A DNA stretch of 64,000 nucleotides. Source: Octopus sinensis (taxonomy: Eukaryota). Below the pieces are notes generated by a model. That model worked only from the letters and a program-made list of their open reading frames with translations, was not told where the DNA came from and searched no databases. This document shows positions 49,830 to 62,802 of this stretch, one piece after another. The first letter of the stretch is position 1. Every line of letters begins with the position of its first letter. The translations under genes and the position numbers were made by a program. The stretch spans positions 7,440,001 to 7,504,000 of the forward strand of contig NC_043018.1 of NCBI RefSeq assembly GCF_006345805.1, read 5' to 3'.

Positions 49830-50520
49830 AAAGATGTTATAAGAACTGCTTAATTTGACTTATAATTCACTATCTGGGACAAAATTTAGTTGTTTTTAAA
49901 AGGTGTAGTTTAATATCGGTTAAAATCCTGTTTAATGTTAGGGGTTGATCAAAACCCGTTGGTTATGATAGTTCTTCGTTGGTTTAAATAGTATTATCTT
50001 GCGTTTACTCCGCACATTTTATATTTTATGTTAAAGAGTTTGAGCATCCTGTTTTGAAAAGATGTTTCCAATGTCTCTTATTAATCATCCTTGATGCTTG
50101 TTTCAAGCTTTTCACAAGTAAAACGTCCTGTATAAATATGATATGAAGATTATTTTCTTTTGAAGGGCTTTTGACTTTTATCATCTTGTCCTTTACTATT
50201 TACGGGTATTTTTGGTTTCCTGTTATGCTATGATGACCCGTCAACGTTTTTGGATCATTATCTATTATAAAACTTGGATAAAGATACCATTCTTTGTGGC
50301 TTAATGTACCGATATTTTAGGAAATTATTAAAGATTTCCAGGTTTTTCCCTGAAATGAGTAATATATTTACAGATTGCTCGGCATTAATTGTAATTTCTT
50401 TAAAAATGATCATTTCCACTCATTAGTTTATATATTAATTTTATATAGCAGGATGTTTTTCTGTGTAAGCTGAGATACGTAATCGTTTTGCATAGTCCCG
50501 GGTCTCGAAACAGGTGTAAC
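49830..50520 (-). mobile_element. Possible degraded Penelope-like (GIY-YIG region) remnant
   Basis: Minus strand YHIYTGRFTCEKLETSIK resembles the YIG-T-R-L..RI motif; heavily decayed. Confidence 0.3.
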
Positions 50521-51254
50521 GTTCATGCCTTTATAGGTAACTATCTTGTCGAACAGTTGCAAACGAAAGATTACTAGAAAGAAATGGTCTAAATTTGCTG
50601 TCGTTATCTAAATCTGTCTTCCTCATCTTAATATATGTTCCTAATATTAATCTCTCCTTCTAGCCTAAATCCGTCAGTACGAATATCTGGTACTCCTGAT
50701 TATCTAAATCTGTTCGTGTCTTAACCTGTCTTTCTGATGATCCATCATAAGTTGGTGTTGCAAAAGAAATGAGAAATGGCTGGGATTTTACAGGAAAGCA
50801 GTCGAGCTTAAAAAGAATAAATTGACGTCATATTTAGAAATGTCTGACTTAAAGTTACAGCTGAAATCAGATGACAGCATTGAGCTCTTCCGGTCTTTCA
50901 GTCTGTTTTATATGAAAAGATTTTTGTCTAATTTTGATGTTAAAATAAATTTTAATTTGTTTTTATTTTCATATTTTCAATGTATGGGAAGGACATTTGT
51001 CTTTCTCAAATGCATTCATGGCGTAAAAGAAATCAGGTGATTCTAAAATGGTTTCTCCAAAGGACTAAGGCGATCTTTATTAGATTAGAGACGTTTATTA
51101 TTAATAGAACATCTTGCTCAAATTTTCTATCGACTCAAAAGGTCGATACAACTCTAAAGGCCTACAACTCAAAATGCCGGTTACTGAGATGACAATAATC
51201 TTCTTGATAAGAACGCCACACTGTTGCAGAGTTCAAGGCCAATATTTCTGAAGG

Positions 51255-51390
51255 GAGCGGACAAAATGATCACTGATATTTCATTTCATTTACCCAGAAG
51301 ACATGTAAGGCGAAGTTGACCTTGGCGGGATTTGAACTCAGAACGTATAGAGCCGGATGAAATACCACTAACGATATTACCAGTTCACCG
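51255..51390 (-). mobile_element. SINE family A, degenerate
   Basis: GTTGACCTTGGCGGGATTTGAACTCAGAACGT. Confidence 0.7.
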
Positions 51391-51518
51391 TCTTGCCTGA
51401 TGCTCAATTTATACACTTCAGAATGCCTGGAGCACAACTCAATCGTTGTACGATTTAGATACCGCCGGAAAAATGGGACAGTTTTCCATTCGTAACTTTC
51501 ATGAAATGTACACAGATA

Positions 51519-52783
51519 TGCAGTAAGTAAATAGACACCTTTACTTTTCAAAATTTCTGATCTAAGCGTCTTAATATGTTTTCAGCTGTGTAGAATTTAC
51601 AATGTAATTATTCTTTTTCATTCCAGGTGCCATTATATTAAACATTTAAGCAGAGTAATCATGCCATGCATAAGAAAATTCAGCAGAACTGTTAGATTTT
51701 CAAACAGGTCGTATTGTTGGGCAATCTGAGGCTGGTCTTAGCCAGTGAAAAATTGCCAAACATCTTCAAATTCCTCTTGCTACTGTTAATAGAATTATAG
51801 TGCAATTCAAAAGCGTAGGAAAAGAATCAACAGATTCTCGTCCCGGCCAACCTGGGTCCTCGGAAAGGAAGCTTCGCTGTTTGAAGAGAATTGTGGAAAA
51901 CGAACCCCGTTCGAAGGCTTCTGACATTGCAAAACAGCTAGAAGTTAGTCCAAGAACGTGTGTTACATATCTGCATAAGCTTGGGTATTATGGACGAGCA
52001 GCTAGAAAAAAACTTCTCCTTCAAGCAATTAATATCATGAAAAGAAAGAAAGAAATGGGCAAAGGAGATGTCAGAAAAATCCTGTTCATTTTGGGATAGA
52101 GTGATTTTCTCAGATGAATCCAGATTTGCATTATTTTCAGACAGTGGACGTGTTTGAATCTGGAGGCTTCCCAACCAAGAATTTGATTTGAAACGACTCC
52201 AACCAACTGTGAAACATGGTGGTATCTCTGTAATGGTACGGGGGCTGTCACCAGCAATGGACGTTCTGAGATGATCGAATGTGTTGGAACTATAAACTCT
52301 GAAAAATACATCGAAATACTTAAGCAAGGACTACTTCCGATGTATTCACACGATAACATAACGAAAAATGAGTTTTTATTCATGGAAGTTGGGGCTCCAT
52401 GCCACACAGCGAAAAGGAATCAACAATAGTTGACTGAGAATGGGATCAAAAAGCTTCCTTGGCCGAGCCAATCTCCTGACATGGACCCAATTGAAAATAT
52501 TTGTTGCATACTAGATAGAGATATACGAAAATCTCGACAGAAACCTAAATCTAAAGATGAATTGTTTCGAGTGTTGCGTGAAAAGTGGGCAAAAATTTCA
52601 CAAGAGACAATCACAAAGCTCGTCAGTTCAATGCCAAAAAGAGTTTCTGAATTAAAAACTGCAAAGGGAATGTCAACTAAATACTAAAGTATGTAGTCTT
52701 GCCTATCGATTACATTTCAATTGTTCGCTTTGTGTATTAAATAAAAGATTTTGAAAATTAAAGGTGTCTATTTACTTCCTGCA
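51519..52783 (+). mobile_element. Tc1-family transposon (DD34E)
   Basis: TIR TGCAG(T/G)AAGTAAATAGACACCTTTA.TTTTCAAAAT at both ends; TA on left, TG on right. Confidence 0.9.
51660..52687 (+). pseudogene. Tc1 transposase with stops and frameshifts
   Basis: GRIVGQSEAG..; FSDESRF; PTVKHGG; WPSQSPDMDPIEN; SMPKRVSELKTAKGMSTKY*. Confidence 0.92.
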
Positions 52784-53959
52784 TGCCTGTGTATACCCAC
52801 ACTAAATGAAATATATTCAGTTGGGATCCAAGAACATATAAAGAATCAGCTTTCCTCTTGTTCATCCATGCCCACATGTACACATTCAGATATTTTTGTT
52901 GGGTATGAAACGTTTTGGCACAGCAGTTTTGTCGCCGCTATTTTGGCGTCGCTGATTCGAAGCTGATTTATTTGACATAAGATCCTTCAAGGATTGTCAC
53001 GTTTTAATGTTTCTCTCTTTCTCTCCATCCGTTCCTTTCGCTGTTTCGCTCAATCTCCTGATAATTTTTTTTAATGTATGAGGAGAGGATGTGATTTAAT
53101 GTCAACCTTGGTTAATTCATAAATTGTAGTATTTCTCCCACCCACACACTCTCTCTCTCGCTCTCACTCTTTCTGCCTGTGTGTGTATATTTCTGATCGC
53201 ATGTGTGTGTTTGTGTGTGCGTGTGTTTATGTGTATGCATGTGTGTGTGTGATTGTGTGTGTCTCCAGTGTGAAAATGTACTGTCACCGAATCAAGCTGA
53301 ATATCCTGTCAGCCATGCCAAATCGTCTGCATCTAAACAGCTGCGCCGAACTGTCTCATTCCACACTAAACTAACAAATCATTTTTTGAGCAGCTGGCGT
53401 CTCTGACTTATCAATACTAAGATCAATAGATCGATCTTTCTACTCCAGCCGATATATATATATATATATATATATACAATAACCACCCATACACTTCTTG
53501 AATCTGACGTCAGTGCTTCGACAAATGCAATGAAGTTTATACGTTGCTGATGAGGGCATATACAAGATAAGTCCAAACCATGTCTTGAATTATCTCCCAT
53601 GAACTTCAGAATAATCATATAATCAAAATATTAAACAATGGCTAATATCGTTTGTTTCTTAACCATATAATTATTTCTAGTTAGCTTTTTTTAAAGCTTT
53701 CTGCTTTCAGTGTGTTAACACAAACGAAACAATTATTTTATATTACACAATATTGTAACTACAAGTTAACCACGGAAGGAGACAGAGAAGCGAATGAAAA
53801 AAGAAAGAGAAGAGAATAAATGAATGAAATAAGGGGGAAAAAAAGGAAAAGAGGAAGAGGAAAAAAGGAAGAAAAATTTGACTCGTTTCCACTAAAACCT
53901 TTTGTTAGTGATATCATCACAGGAATTGATTAACATACTTCACACCTAATGACTTAAGC

Positions 53960-54100
53960 TTCAATGTGAGTGTGTGTATGTGTTTGTGTGTATGTGTGTG
54001 TGTGTATGTGTGTATGTGTGTGTGTGATTACTCGCATGTGTGTATATATCTACATATATATATATGCATGTATATATGTGTATATATATATGTATATACA

Positions 54101-54143
<43 letters not shown>

Positions 54144-54200
54144 ATATATATATAATAATATATATATATATATATATAATATATCAATATATATATATAT

Positions 54201-54231
<31 letters not shown>

Positions 54232-54358
54232 GTAAACATAGATGTATACACGCATAGATATATGGGTGGATATGCGTGTATGTGTGCGACTGTATACAGA
54301 AGCAGGAATATATTTATATTCGTGTGTAGATGTGTATACACATATATGTATATGTTTG

Positions 54359-54398
<40 letters not shown>

Positions 54399-54683
54399 TA
54401 TTTGTGTGTGTGTATATATATATATGTGTGTGTGTGAGTGTGTGTGTGTGTATATGTATATATATATATATGTATGTATATATATATATATATGTATGTA
54501 TATATAAATATGTATATATATATATGCATGTATGTATATGTATGTATTTATAAATATGTTATATATGTCCATATAAATGTATATATATGTATATATATAG
54601 ATATGCATATATATATATATATACATATATTTTTATATATGTTTGTATATATATCTCTCTATACATATATACATATATATAAA

Positions 54684-54757
<74 letters not shown>

Positions 54758-54897
54758 TATAAATTCAAATATGTATGTATGTATATCTGTAAGCGTATGC
54801 AAACGCACGTTTATAATTGTGTTTGCATATATACGCGTCTGTGTATGTTTGTATACAGGCACACACACACGTGCATTTATTTATGCTAATATAAATA

Positions 54898-54937
<40 letters not shown>

Positions 54938-55095
54938 TATATACACACACACACACACGCACGCTTACTTTCAAATCAGGCGCGCACAAACGCACACGCA
55001 CACACACGCATATATTATTCACTTTCAAGCATACGTTCCTATATATATATATATATATATATATATGCTCTAGCATATATTCATATACATACACC
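53960..55095. repeat. Long compound (TA)n/(TG)n/(CA)n tract
   Basis: Directly visible. Confidence 0.95.
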
Positions 55096-55346
55096 TACAA
55101 CACAACAAAAATATGTTGTAACACAGCAGGAAGCCATCCAGCTTGGCTATGACTAATGGTTCTCAGTAATGTAGCGGGAGAGGGGGATGGAGAGAAGGGG
55201 GAGAGGGAGAGGGGGAGAGACCAATATATTTATTTATTTGTTTGTTTTCTTTCATTTTTCTCATTTCTTCTTCCCCCTGCCAGGTAAAGTGGCGGCTAAT
55301 GAGTCACAGTGTTTCATTTCACACCGTGTACACCTCATAACCACAT

Positions 55347-55636
55347 ACTGTCATCATCACCATCATCGTAATCATCATCTTCATCATCATCAACGTCGTC
55401 GTCGTCATCATCATGATCACCATTATCATCATCACCATCATTAAAATCGTTAACGTTGTCATCATCACCACCACCATCATCATCATCATCATCATCATCA
55501 CCATCATCACCATCATCATCATCATCATCATTACCATCCTCATCACCATCACCATCATAATCATCATCATCATCATTACTATCCTCATCATCATCATCAC
55601 TATCATCCTCATTATCACTATCATAATCATCATCAC

Positions 55637-55672
<36 letters not shown>

Positions 55673-55770
55673 TACATTATCATCGACGTCAAGCAGCATC
55701 AAAAAAAAAATATCAACATCAGCGTCACCGTCGTCATCGTCGCAGTCATCATCATCACCATCATCAGTAG
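55347..55770. repeat. Degenerate (CAT)n array
   Basis: Directly visible; source of poly-I/M/H ORFs. Confidence 0.92.
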
Positions 55771-56116
55771 CAGCGCCGCTACCGTCATCAATGCTTGTGA
55801 ATAGCTTTGTTGGTGCCAATGGCTTTTTATTATTCGGTCATGGCGTCATCATTTCTAAACGCTTTTTGTTTATACACCCCCTCACACACACGCATATATA
55901 ACGTGTATATATAATTACATATATATATATACAAACATAGACACGCACGCATCCACATTTACATATATATATGGTGTATGTATATATGCATATATCTATA
56001 CATATGTATACATCTAAACAAATATTTTTATATATACTTATTTACATGTGTCCACATACATATACATACATGCATAATCGCGTACATAAATTACACAACA
56101 TATGATAGACGTGTTA

Positions 56117-56400
56117 TAGCTCGGCGGAATTTGAACTCAGAACGTAGCGGCAGGCGAAATACCTATTTCCTATTTCTTTACTGCCCACAAGGGGCTAAAC
56201 AGAGCAGACAAAGAAGGACAGACAAACGGATTAAGTCGATTACATCGACCCCAGTGCGTAACTGGTACTTAATTTATCGATCCCGAAAGGATGAAAGGCA
56301 AAGTCGACTTCGGCGGAATTTGAACTCAGAACGTAACGGCAGATGAAATACGGCTAAGCATTTCGCCAGGCGTGCTAACGTTTCTGCCAGCTCGCCGCCT
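56117..56400 (-). mobile_element. SINE family A dimer
   Basis: Junction at ~56155. Confidence 0.88.
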
Positions 56401-56569
56401 TAACACACCACACACACACACACACACACACACACAAGAACTGGCATGTGGTCGGTTAAGTTGGGAGAGGGTTCAATTCGTTCAACGGAAAGGCCTGTTT
56501 GTGAAATTAATATCCAGGTGGCTGAGCACTTCATAGGCCCTCGTACTTTTAATTTATTTAATTGAGGAA

Positions 56570-57010
56570 TAATTAATTCATGAGCGTTTTTTGCTTTTTT
56601 TTCTTTCAAATTTAAAAATGCGCGCTGAAATAAATCGCATTAGGAAAACGTTTTATGTTATTTAAAAGAGAATATTTTCTTCTACAGGGTAGTGTGTCTT
56701 GATTTTTTTAATATTATTGATTTTTGTGTATTTTTAGATCATTAAAATGGAAAGTCAATTGGACAAAAAAAAGCATTTTCGACTCCATTTGCTTTTTGCA
56801 TTTAATCGAGGTGTTAAAGCCGCCGAAGCTGATCTTGAGATTTGTGCTGTGTATGGAAATGGAGCAATACTTCAAAGTATGGTTAGTCGTTGGTTTTCGC
56901 GCTTCAAAAACGGGTATTTTGACCTCAAGGACGGATCACAAACCGGTCGACCAATTGAGTTCGATGATGTCTTGCAAACAACTTGCACATGCAAGTGCTA
57001 CCAGTTAAAA
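56570..57010 (+). pseudogene. Mariner 5' fragment (transposase HTH domain)
   Basis: KKHFRLHLLFAFNRGVKAAEA..ICAVYG..VSRWFSRFKNG.FDLKD..TGRPIEFDD. Confidence 0.85.
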
Positions 57011-57019
57011 ACTCTGTAT

Positions 57020-57350
57020 ACCGGAAGCTAGCAAGTGTATGGGGTCATCAGAAGAGAATACGCGCCGTTTCGGGGCCTACCTCTCGACGGCATCAATGCG
57101 CACCGGCCCCCCTCACTGATATGAGGCCCCGCTTGCTAGATCAGCTGGTTATGAAGAACTCAATATACTTCTAGCCATCGCTCATCGTCTCTTTTTAACC
57201 AAATCCAGTGGCTAGCCTTCTCCACTGTAGATTGGATATCAGTCATGGTGGTATTGACTTTACGATGAGTTAAGCCTATCGATAACAACAGTCGTCTCAC
57301 GCTGTGTCCAACAAACCCTCTACATCCACGAATTGATGGAACAGATGGGT
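57020..57350 (-). mobile_element. HERO/NeSL-like RLE non-LTR retrotransposon 3' fragment with structured 3' UTR
   Basis: GCRGFVGHSVRRLLLSIGL..VEKASHWIWLKRDDERW* C-terminus. Confidence 0.7.
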
Positions 57351-57429
57351 TGTAATAATAAAAAAAAAACTGTGGCGAACCACCTTCACTCAATGGCAAG
57401 GTTCAGAAACGGTTATGAATTAATCCTCA

Positions 57430-57630
57430 ACCCAATAGCTCTCAGGGACAGAATATGACAAGGCTGGCCCTTTTGAATTAGAGGTACAATTAATTTTTGC
57501 CAGTTGAGTGAACTAGAGCAACCTGAAATATAATGACATGCTCAAGAGCACAGATCGTTGTCAGGAATTGAACTCATGTCCTTACAATCGGGAGTGGTAT
57601 ACCCTAAACACTAAATCCCGCGTCTTAACC
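57430..57630 (-). mobile_element. SINE family C, degenerate
   Basis: CAAGGCTGGCCC..GCTCAAGAGCACA..GGAATTGAACTC. Confidence 0.6.
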
Positions 57631-57679
57631 ACTCACATATAGACACCTTTGTGTGCACGTGTGTTTCAAATATTACCAC

Positions 57680-58490
57680 AAGGTTAGCTATTTCAGGGGA
57701 GGCGGGGGGACTAATTTGATTATATCGACTCCAGTGTTTCACTGGTACTTAATTTATCGATCTAGAAAGGATGAAAAGCGAAGTCGACCGGGACGACATT
57801 TGAATTCAGAACGTTAAAACAGGTGAAATGCCGTTAAGCATTTTGTTCGGTGTGCTAACGATTATGTCAACTCGACACCTTAAGAGTATTCTTAGTGTTA
57901 ACACTAGCACGGGTTGTGAGATGGCAGGAACGTTAGCACGCCGGGCAAAATGCGTGGCCGTATTTCGTCTGCCGCTACGTTCTGAGTTCAAATTCCGCCG
58001 AGGTTGACTTTGCCTTTCATCCTTTCGGGGGTCGATAAATTAAGTACCAGTTACTCACTGGGGTCGAGATATAATCTACTTAATCCGTCTCTCTGTCCTT
58101 GTTTGTCCTCTCTGTGTTTAGCCCCTTGTGGGTAGTAAAGAAATAGCTATTTCATCCATCTTTACGTTCTGAGTTCAAATTCTGCCAAGGTTGACTTTGC
58201 CTTTCGGCTTCGATAAAATAAGTACTGGTTGTAAACTGGTGTCGATATAATCAACTAGACCCCTCTCCCAAACATACTAACCTTGTACCATAATTTGATA
58301 CCCGTATTAACACTAGCGCCATTTCGTCCGTCTTCACGTACTGTGTTTAAATTCCACAGTGTTTCGTCCATGCTTTTATCCCTCAGAGTCAATAAAATAA
58401 GTACCATTTGAACACTGGGTTCAATGTAATCCAGTCTCCCCGTCCCCCGAAAGCTCTGGCCCTGTGCTAAAATTTAAGATCAGTATTAAC
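57680..58490. mobile_element. Cluster of SINE family A copies (57680-57880 minus; 57913-58290 dimer plus; 58315-58490 plus)
   Basis: Family consensus match. Confidence 0.82.
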
Positions 58491-58831
58491 ACTTTTCATA
58501 CAATATTTCAGACGAGAGGTCTTGTTGAATTTGCGATTCAGGTTCAATCCTGCCACTATCAGTTATTGTCACTTAAATAAGCGGCATGAATATCATGGGA
58601 CTTCATTATGTACTAAAACAGAAACATCGTTTAATCGCATTCGTTTTTGTTTGTCCCTTCTTTCAGTCTTAAATATTCAGCACGCAAGAAATAGCAGCAG
58701 AAGTTAATATCCAAATAGCCTTCAATTCACACTCGGCCATCATTGATAAGTAAATAAATAAATAGATAAATAAATAAATAAACTTTTCCGCATTGAGACG
58801 TCACAGCTCCGGTACTATGTGACAAAAAGAA

Positions 58832-59212
58832 GGCGGCGAGCTGGCAGAACGTAGCCGTATTTTGTCTGTCGTTATGTTCTGAGTTCAAATTCCGCCGGGG
58901 TCGAATTTGCGCTTCATCCTTTCGAGGTCGGTTAAATAAGTACCAGTTATGCACTGGGGTCGATATAATCGACTTGATCCGTTTGTCTGTCTTTGTTTGT
59001 TCTCTCTGTGTTTAGCCCCTTATGGGTAGTAAAGAAATAAGTATTTCGTCTGCCGTTACGTTCTGAGTTCAAATTCCGCCGAGGACGACTTTGTCTTTCA
59101 TCATTTCGGGGTCGATAAATTACGCACTGGGGTCGATGTGATCGACTTAATACCTTTGTCTGTCCTTGTGTGTCCCCTCTATGTTTAGCCCCTTGTGGTT
59201 AATAAAGAAATA
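58832..59212 (+). mobile_element. SINE family A dimer
   Basis: Junction GAAATAAGTATTTC at ~59034. Confidence 0.88.
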
Positions 59213-59224
59213 TTTTCTTTGCGA

Positions 59225-59460
59225 CCAAAATAGGAAAGGATTGCAAGCTAGATTCTTGAAGCTGAAGCGACCGGTAGGAAACCTAAGGGTAGACCTAGAA
59301 TGAGATTGTTGGATAATATTCATTGTCTCAATTGGTCACGCTTGGGAATTCGAGCGGAAAATGCAATGACGGTTGCTTCTGCGATGATACTATGGAAGAG
59401 GTGCCTGAGGACTCGACACCCCACAACCTTCCTGGTGGCTGGAGAAGGTAGATGGGTGGA
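59225..59460 (+). pseudogene. LINE (RTE/L2-type) extreme C-terminal fragment
   Basis: ILEAEATGRKPKGRPRMRLLDNIHCLNWSRLGI..VASAMILWK. Confidence 0.6.
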
Positions 59461-59498
59461 GGAAATAATGAAATTTTGGTTAACAAAGACATAAATAC

Positions 59499-59575
59499 GG
59501 GCATATGGCGTAGTGGTTTAGAGCGCGGGCTACTAACCCAAGACTCCGATTTCGATTCGCAGCAGTAACCTGAAC
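59499..59575 (+). mobile_element. tRNA-derived SINE head followed directly by (AAT)n
   Basis: TGGCGTAGTGGTTAGAGCG A box; degenerate B box; no complete cloverleaf. Confidence 0.55.
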
Positions 59576-59597
59576 AACAACAATAATAATAATAATA

Positions 59598-59641
<44 letters not shown>

Positions 59642-59676
59642 TATGATATAATATAATAATAAAATAATAAATAATA

Positions 59677-59716
<40 letters not shown>

Positions 59717-59733
59717 CGTAATAATAATAATAA

Positions 59734-60254
59734 TGCCCTGATGCAGTACAAGTCAGAGTGGCTCTCATGGCTTCTGATCTTAACTGATTGAAAGTACTAT
59801 CATATACATTGTTTGTCTTGGTATAAAAGATGGGCTACAGCAAATATTCTGCTCAATACCACAGATATGCTTGTCAGTTGTTTGACCTTAACCAGTTGAG
59901 CATGTCCCTTAGTGGCTGACGATATGTGCATCTCTGATCACGAGCAGAAGTAGTGGGGGAGTATCATGGCTGCATGCTGAAAGGAATTCTTGGAGGTTTG
60001 CATAATTCACCTTTGGAAACATGGGTGTTTCGTTAAACATCCTTAAACAATCCTTATTCAGGGACCTATTGAGCGGGATAGGTTACTCAATCAGAAGAAA
60101 ATTCTAACTGGGCTCCACCTGCAAGGTCATGTGCTGTTTATCTTGATATGAGATCACCATGTCGCGCACATATGGTTGTGATGCATGTTCCTAGTGTGTC
60201 CTTATCAGAAGGGTAGTCATGAAGGGTATACTGGGCTTCGTATATTTTACCCCA
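59734..60254 (+). mobile_element. (AAT)n-associated element, copy 5
   Basis: Starts TGCCCTGATGCAGTAC after (AAT)n; lacks the last ~35 bp. Confidence 0.85.
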
Positions 60255-60319
60255 TATATCAAAAATACCAAGTTCAACGAAAACGCAAAACCAGGAACTT
60301 GATGGCAAGGTAGGAATGG

Positions 60320-60612
60320 GCAAGTTGAGTAGATCGAACCCGTTATTTGATTGGTGAAAGACAAAGTTAAGCTCGAGATTTCAACTTGGAATAGAAGGCA
60401 ACCTCTTCAGTTCCTCAATGGAATTTGAACTCAAAACGTAAAAACGAAATGCTGCCAAGCATTTTGCCTGGCGTGCTAACGATTCTGCCAGCTCTAAGAA
60501 AATTAGATAATATTGGTTACAAATCTTGACTCAATGCCAGCAATTTCGGGAGAGGGGTAAGCTGATTACATCGACTCCCAGTATTCAACTGGTACTTATT
60601 TTATTAATCCTG
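60320..60612 (-). mobile_element. Degenerate SINE family A copies
   Basis: GGAATTTGAACTC..GCGTGCTAACGATTCTGCCAGCTC. Confidence 0.7.
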
Positions 60613-60630
60613 AATGACATCAATTGCTAA

Positions 60631-60809
60631 TATAGGCGCAGGAGTGGCTGTGTGGTAAGTAGCTTGCTTACCAACCACATGGTTCTGGGTTCAGTCCCAG
60701 TGCGTTGCACCTTGGGCAAGTGACTTCTACAATAGCCTCGGGCTGACCAAAGCCTTGTAAGTGGATTTGGTAGATGGTAACTGAAAGAAGCCTGTCGTAT
60801 ATATGTATG

Positions 60810-60872
<63 letters not shown>

Positions 60873-61105
60873 TGTGTTGTGTATGTGTGTGTGTGTGTGT
60901 GTTTATGTGTCTGTGTTTGTCCCCGCAACATCGCTTGACAACCGATGTTGGTATGTTTACGTCCCCGTAACTTAGCGGATCGGCAAAAGAAACCGATAGA
61001 ATAAGTACTAGGCTTACAAAGAATAAGTCCTGGTGTGGATTTGCTCGACTAAAGGCGGTGCTCCAGCATGGCCGCTGCCAAATGACTGAAACAAGTAAAA
61101 GAATA
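60631..61105 (+). mobile_element. SINE family B, complete
   Basis: Family consensus match. Confidence 0.88.
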
Positions 61106-61204
61106 GTAGTTTGCAAATCAATTTTCTTTTTTCTTTTTGGTATGAGGTGTTTAGGTTTGTGTGCCTGGGGGTGCATAACCCTAAGGTTAAGTACTGTGTG
61201 CTGA

Positions 61205-61470
61205 TTTCTAATCCATTATTTATTTGCGGATTGAGTCTATGGATGAGCAAGGCTTCCTTGATTCTTAAGTTACCCACATTTCTATCACTGGCATGAACGG
61301 TAATGGTAATATGTTGGTTGATGTTTCTATATTTCTCAACGTGTTTTTTGAATGAGGATGCGCATATGTTGAAGTATTCTTTAATGCGAGTGTGGAGGGT
61401 TCTAGTCGTGATACCAATGTGGCCAAAAAATTATTAAAATGAGTTCCGCACTGGCAAAGTTTTTAGGGTG
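61205..61470 (-). pseudogene. Penelope-like GIY-YIG endonuclease C-terminal fragment
   Basis: CQCG..GHIGITTRTLHTRIKEY..KKH..LRIKEALLIHRLNPQIN. Confidence 0.8.
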
Positions 61471-61534
61471 TTAAATGACATGCTTTGTAGCATTTGAGCA
61501 GTGTCTCAATGTTTTTAGATCAAAGCCGATGGGT

Positions 61535-61660
61535 AAATTTCCAGTTTCTGTCTATCAAGTCCACTCACAAGGCTTCATTCGGCTCGATGCTATAGTAGAA
61601 GACACTTGCCCAATGCGCTACGCGAAACCGTGCGGTTGAGAAGCAAATTTCATACCACAC
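61535..61660 (-). mobile_element. SINE family B head fragment
   Basis: CTATAGTAGAAGACACTTGCCCAA. Confidence 0.65.
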
Positions 61661-61716
61661 AACCGGCCGAAATTTCTTCATTCAAAAAGTATTGTCATCT
61701 TTCTTCATTCAAAAAG

Positions 61717-61765
<49 letters not shown>

Positions 61766-62240
61766 TATACATATAATATTTCTATATGTTGTGTGTGTGT
61801 GTGAGTGTGTGTGTGTGAGTGTGTGTGTCTGTATATGTAATTATGTAGAGGGTGTTTAAATCCAAGTAGTGTCCACTTGAAGCACAACTGCTAACACCAG
61901 CAATCGAAAATCGTGTGTAGATTTATGTGAGGTATGTATACACGTCCAAAATATGAAATATGTACGAGTGAAAAATACTGGAAAATTTTCTTTTGAAAAC
62001 TAATTACATATCAAAACAGGAAATTGGAAAAAAAATTGCTATTATTTATTCACGATCAAACGTTTTTTTTATTTGTTAATAGGAGTTACACAGTTGTACT
62101 CGCAGGAGAAATATGTAATACATCTCCTATTAGGAGTTCGTCCGACAGACAATGAAATACGTATTTCTTCTTCATGTACAATTTTGTAACTCTTATTAGT
62201 AATGAAACACGTGTAATGGCGAATAACACCGAACTTTTTA

Positions 62241-62305
<65 letters not shown>

Positions 62306-62324
62306 TACTCTTTCTTTTTACTTG

Positions 62325-62610
62325 TTCAGTCATTTTACTGTGGCCAACTAAAGCAACCCACCTTTAGTCGAGCACATCGACCCCAGGACTTATTCTTTTA
62401 AGCATAGTAGTACTTATTCTATCGGTCTGTTTTGCCGAACCGGTAAGTTACGGGGACGTAAACACAACAGTATCGGTCGTCAAGCGATGATGGAGGGGCA
62501 AACCCACACCACAACATATATACACACACATACATAATATATATAATATATTTATATACCAAAATCCACTCACAAAGCTTTGGTTGTCCAGAGGCTATAG
62601 TAAAAAGGTG
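62325..62610 (-). mobile_element. SINE family B 3' half
   Basis: GTACTTATTCTATCGGTC..TTTTGCCGAACC..AAGTTACGGGGACGTAAAC. Confidence 0.75.
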
Positions 62611-62802
62611 CCAAGCTACTTACCACACAGCACTCTACGCCTATATATATTTATATATATATATTATATATATATATTATATATATATATTATATATATA
62701 TATATAATATAATATATATAATATATAAATATTAGGGAAAAATCCCAATTTACAGGTAAAAATCAGATTTAGGATTAAATCCAATTTTATAGTAAAATAT
62801 TA

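Noticed and set aside
53540-53590. CTGATGA-GGGC...GTCC-AAAC-CAT-GTC hammerhead-like motif
   Set aside because: G12 is missing and stem I does not pair; at most a decayed relic.
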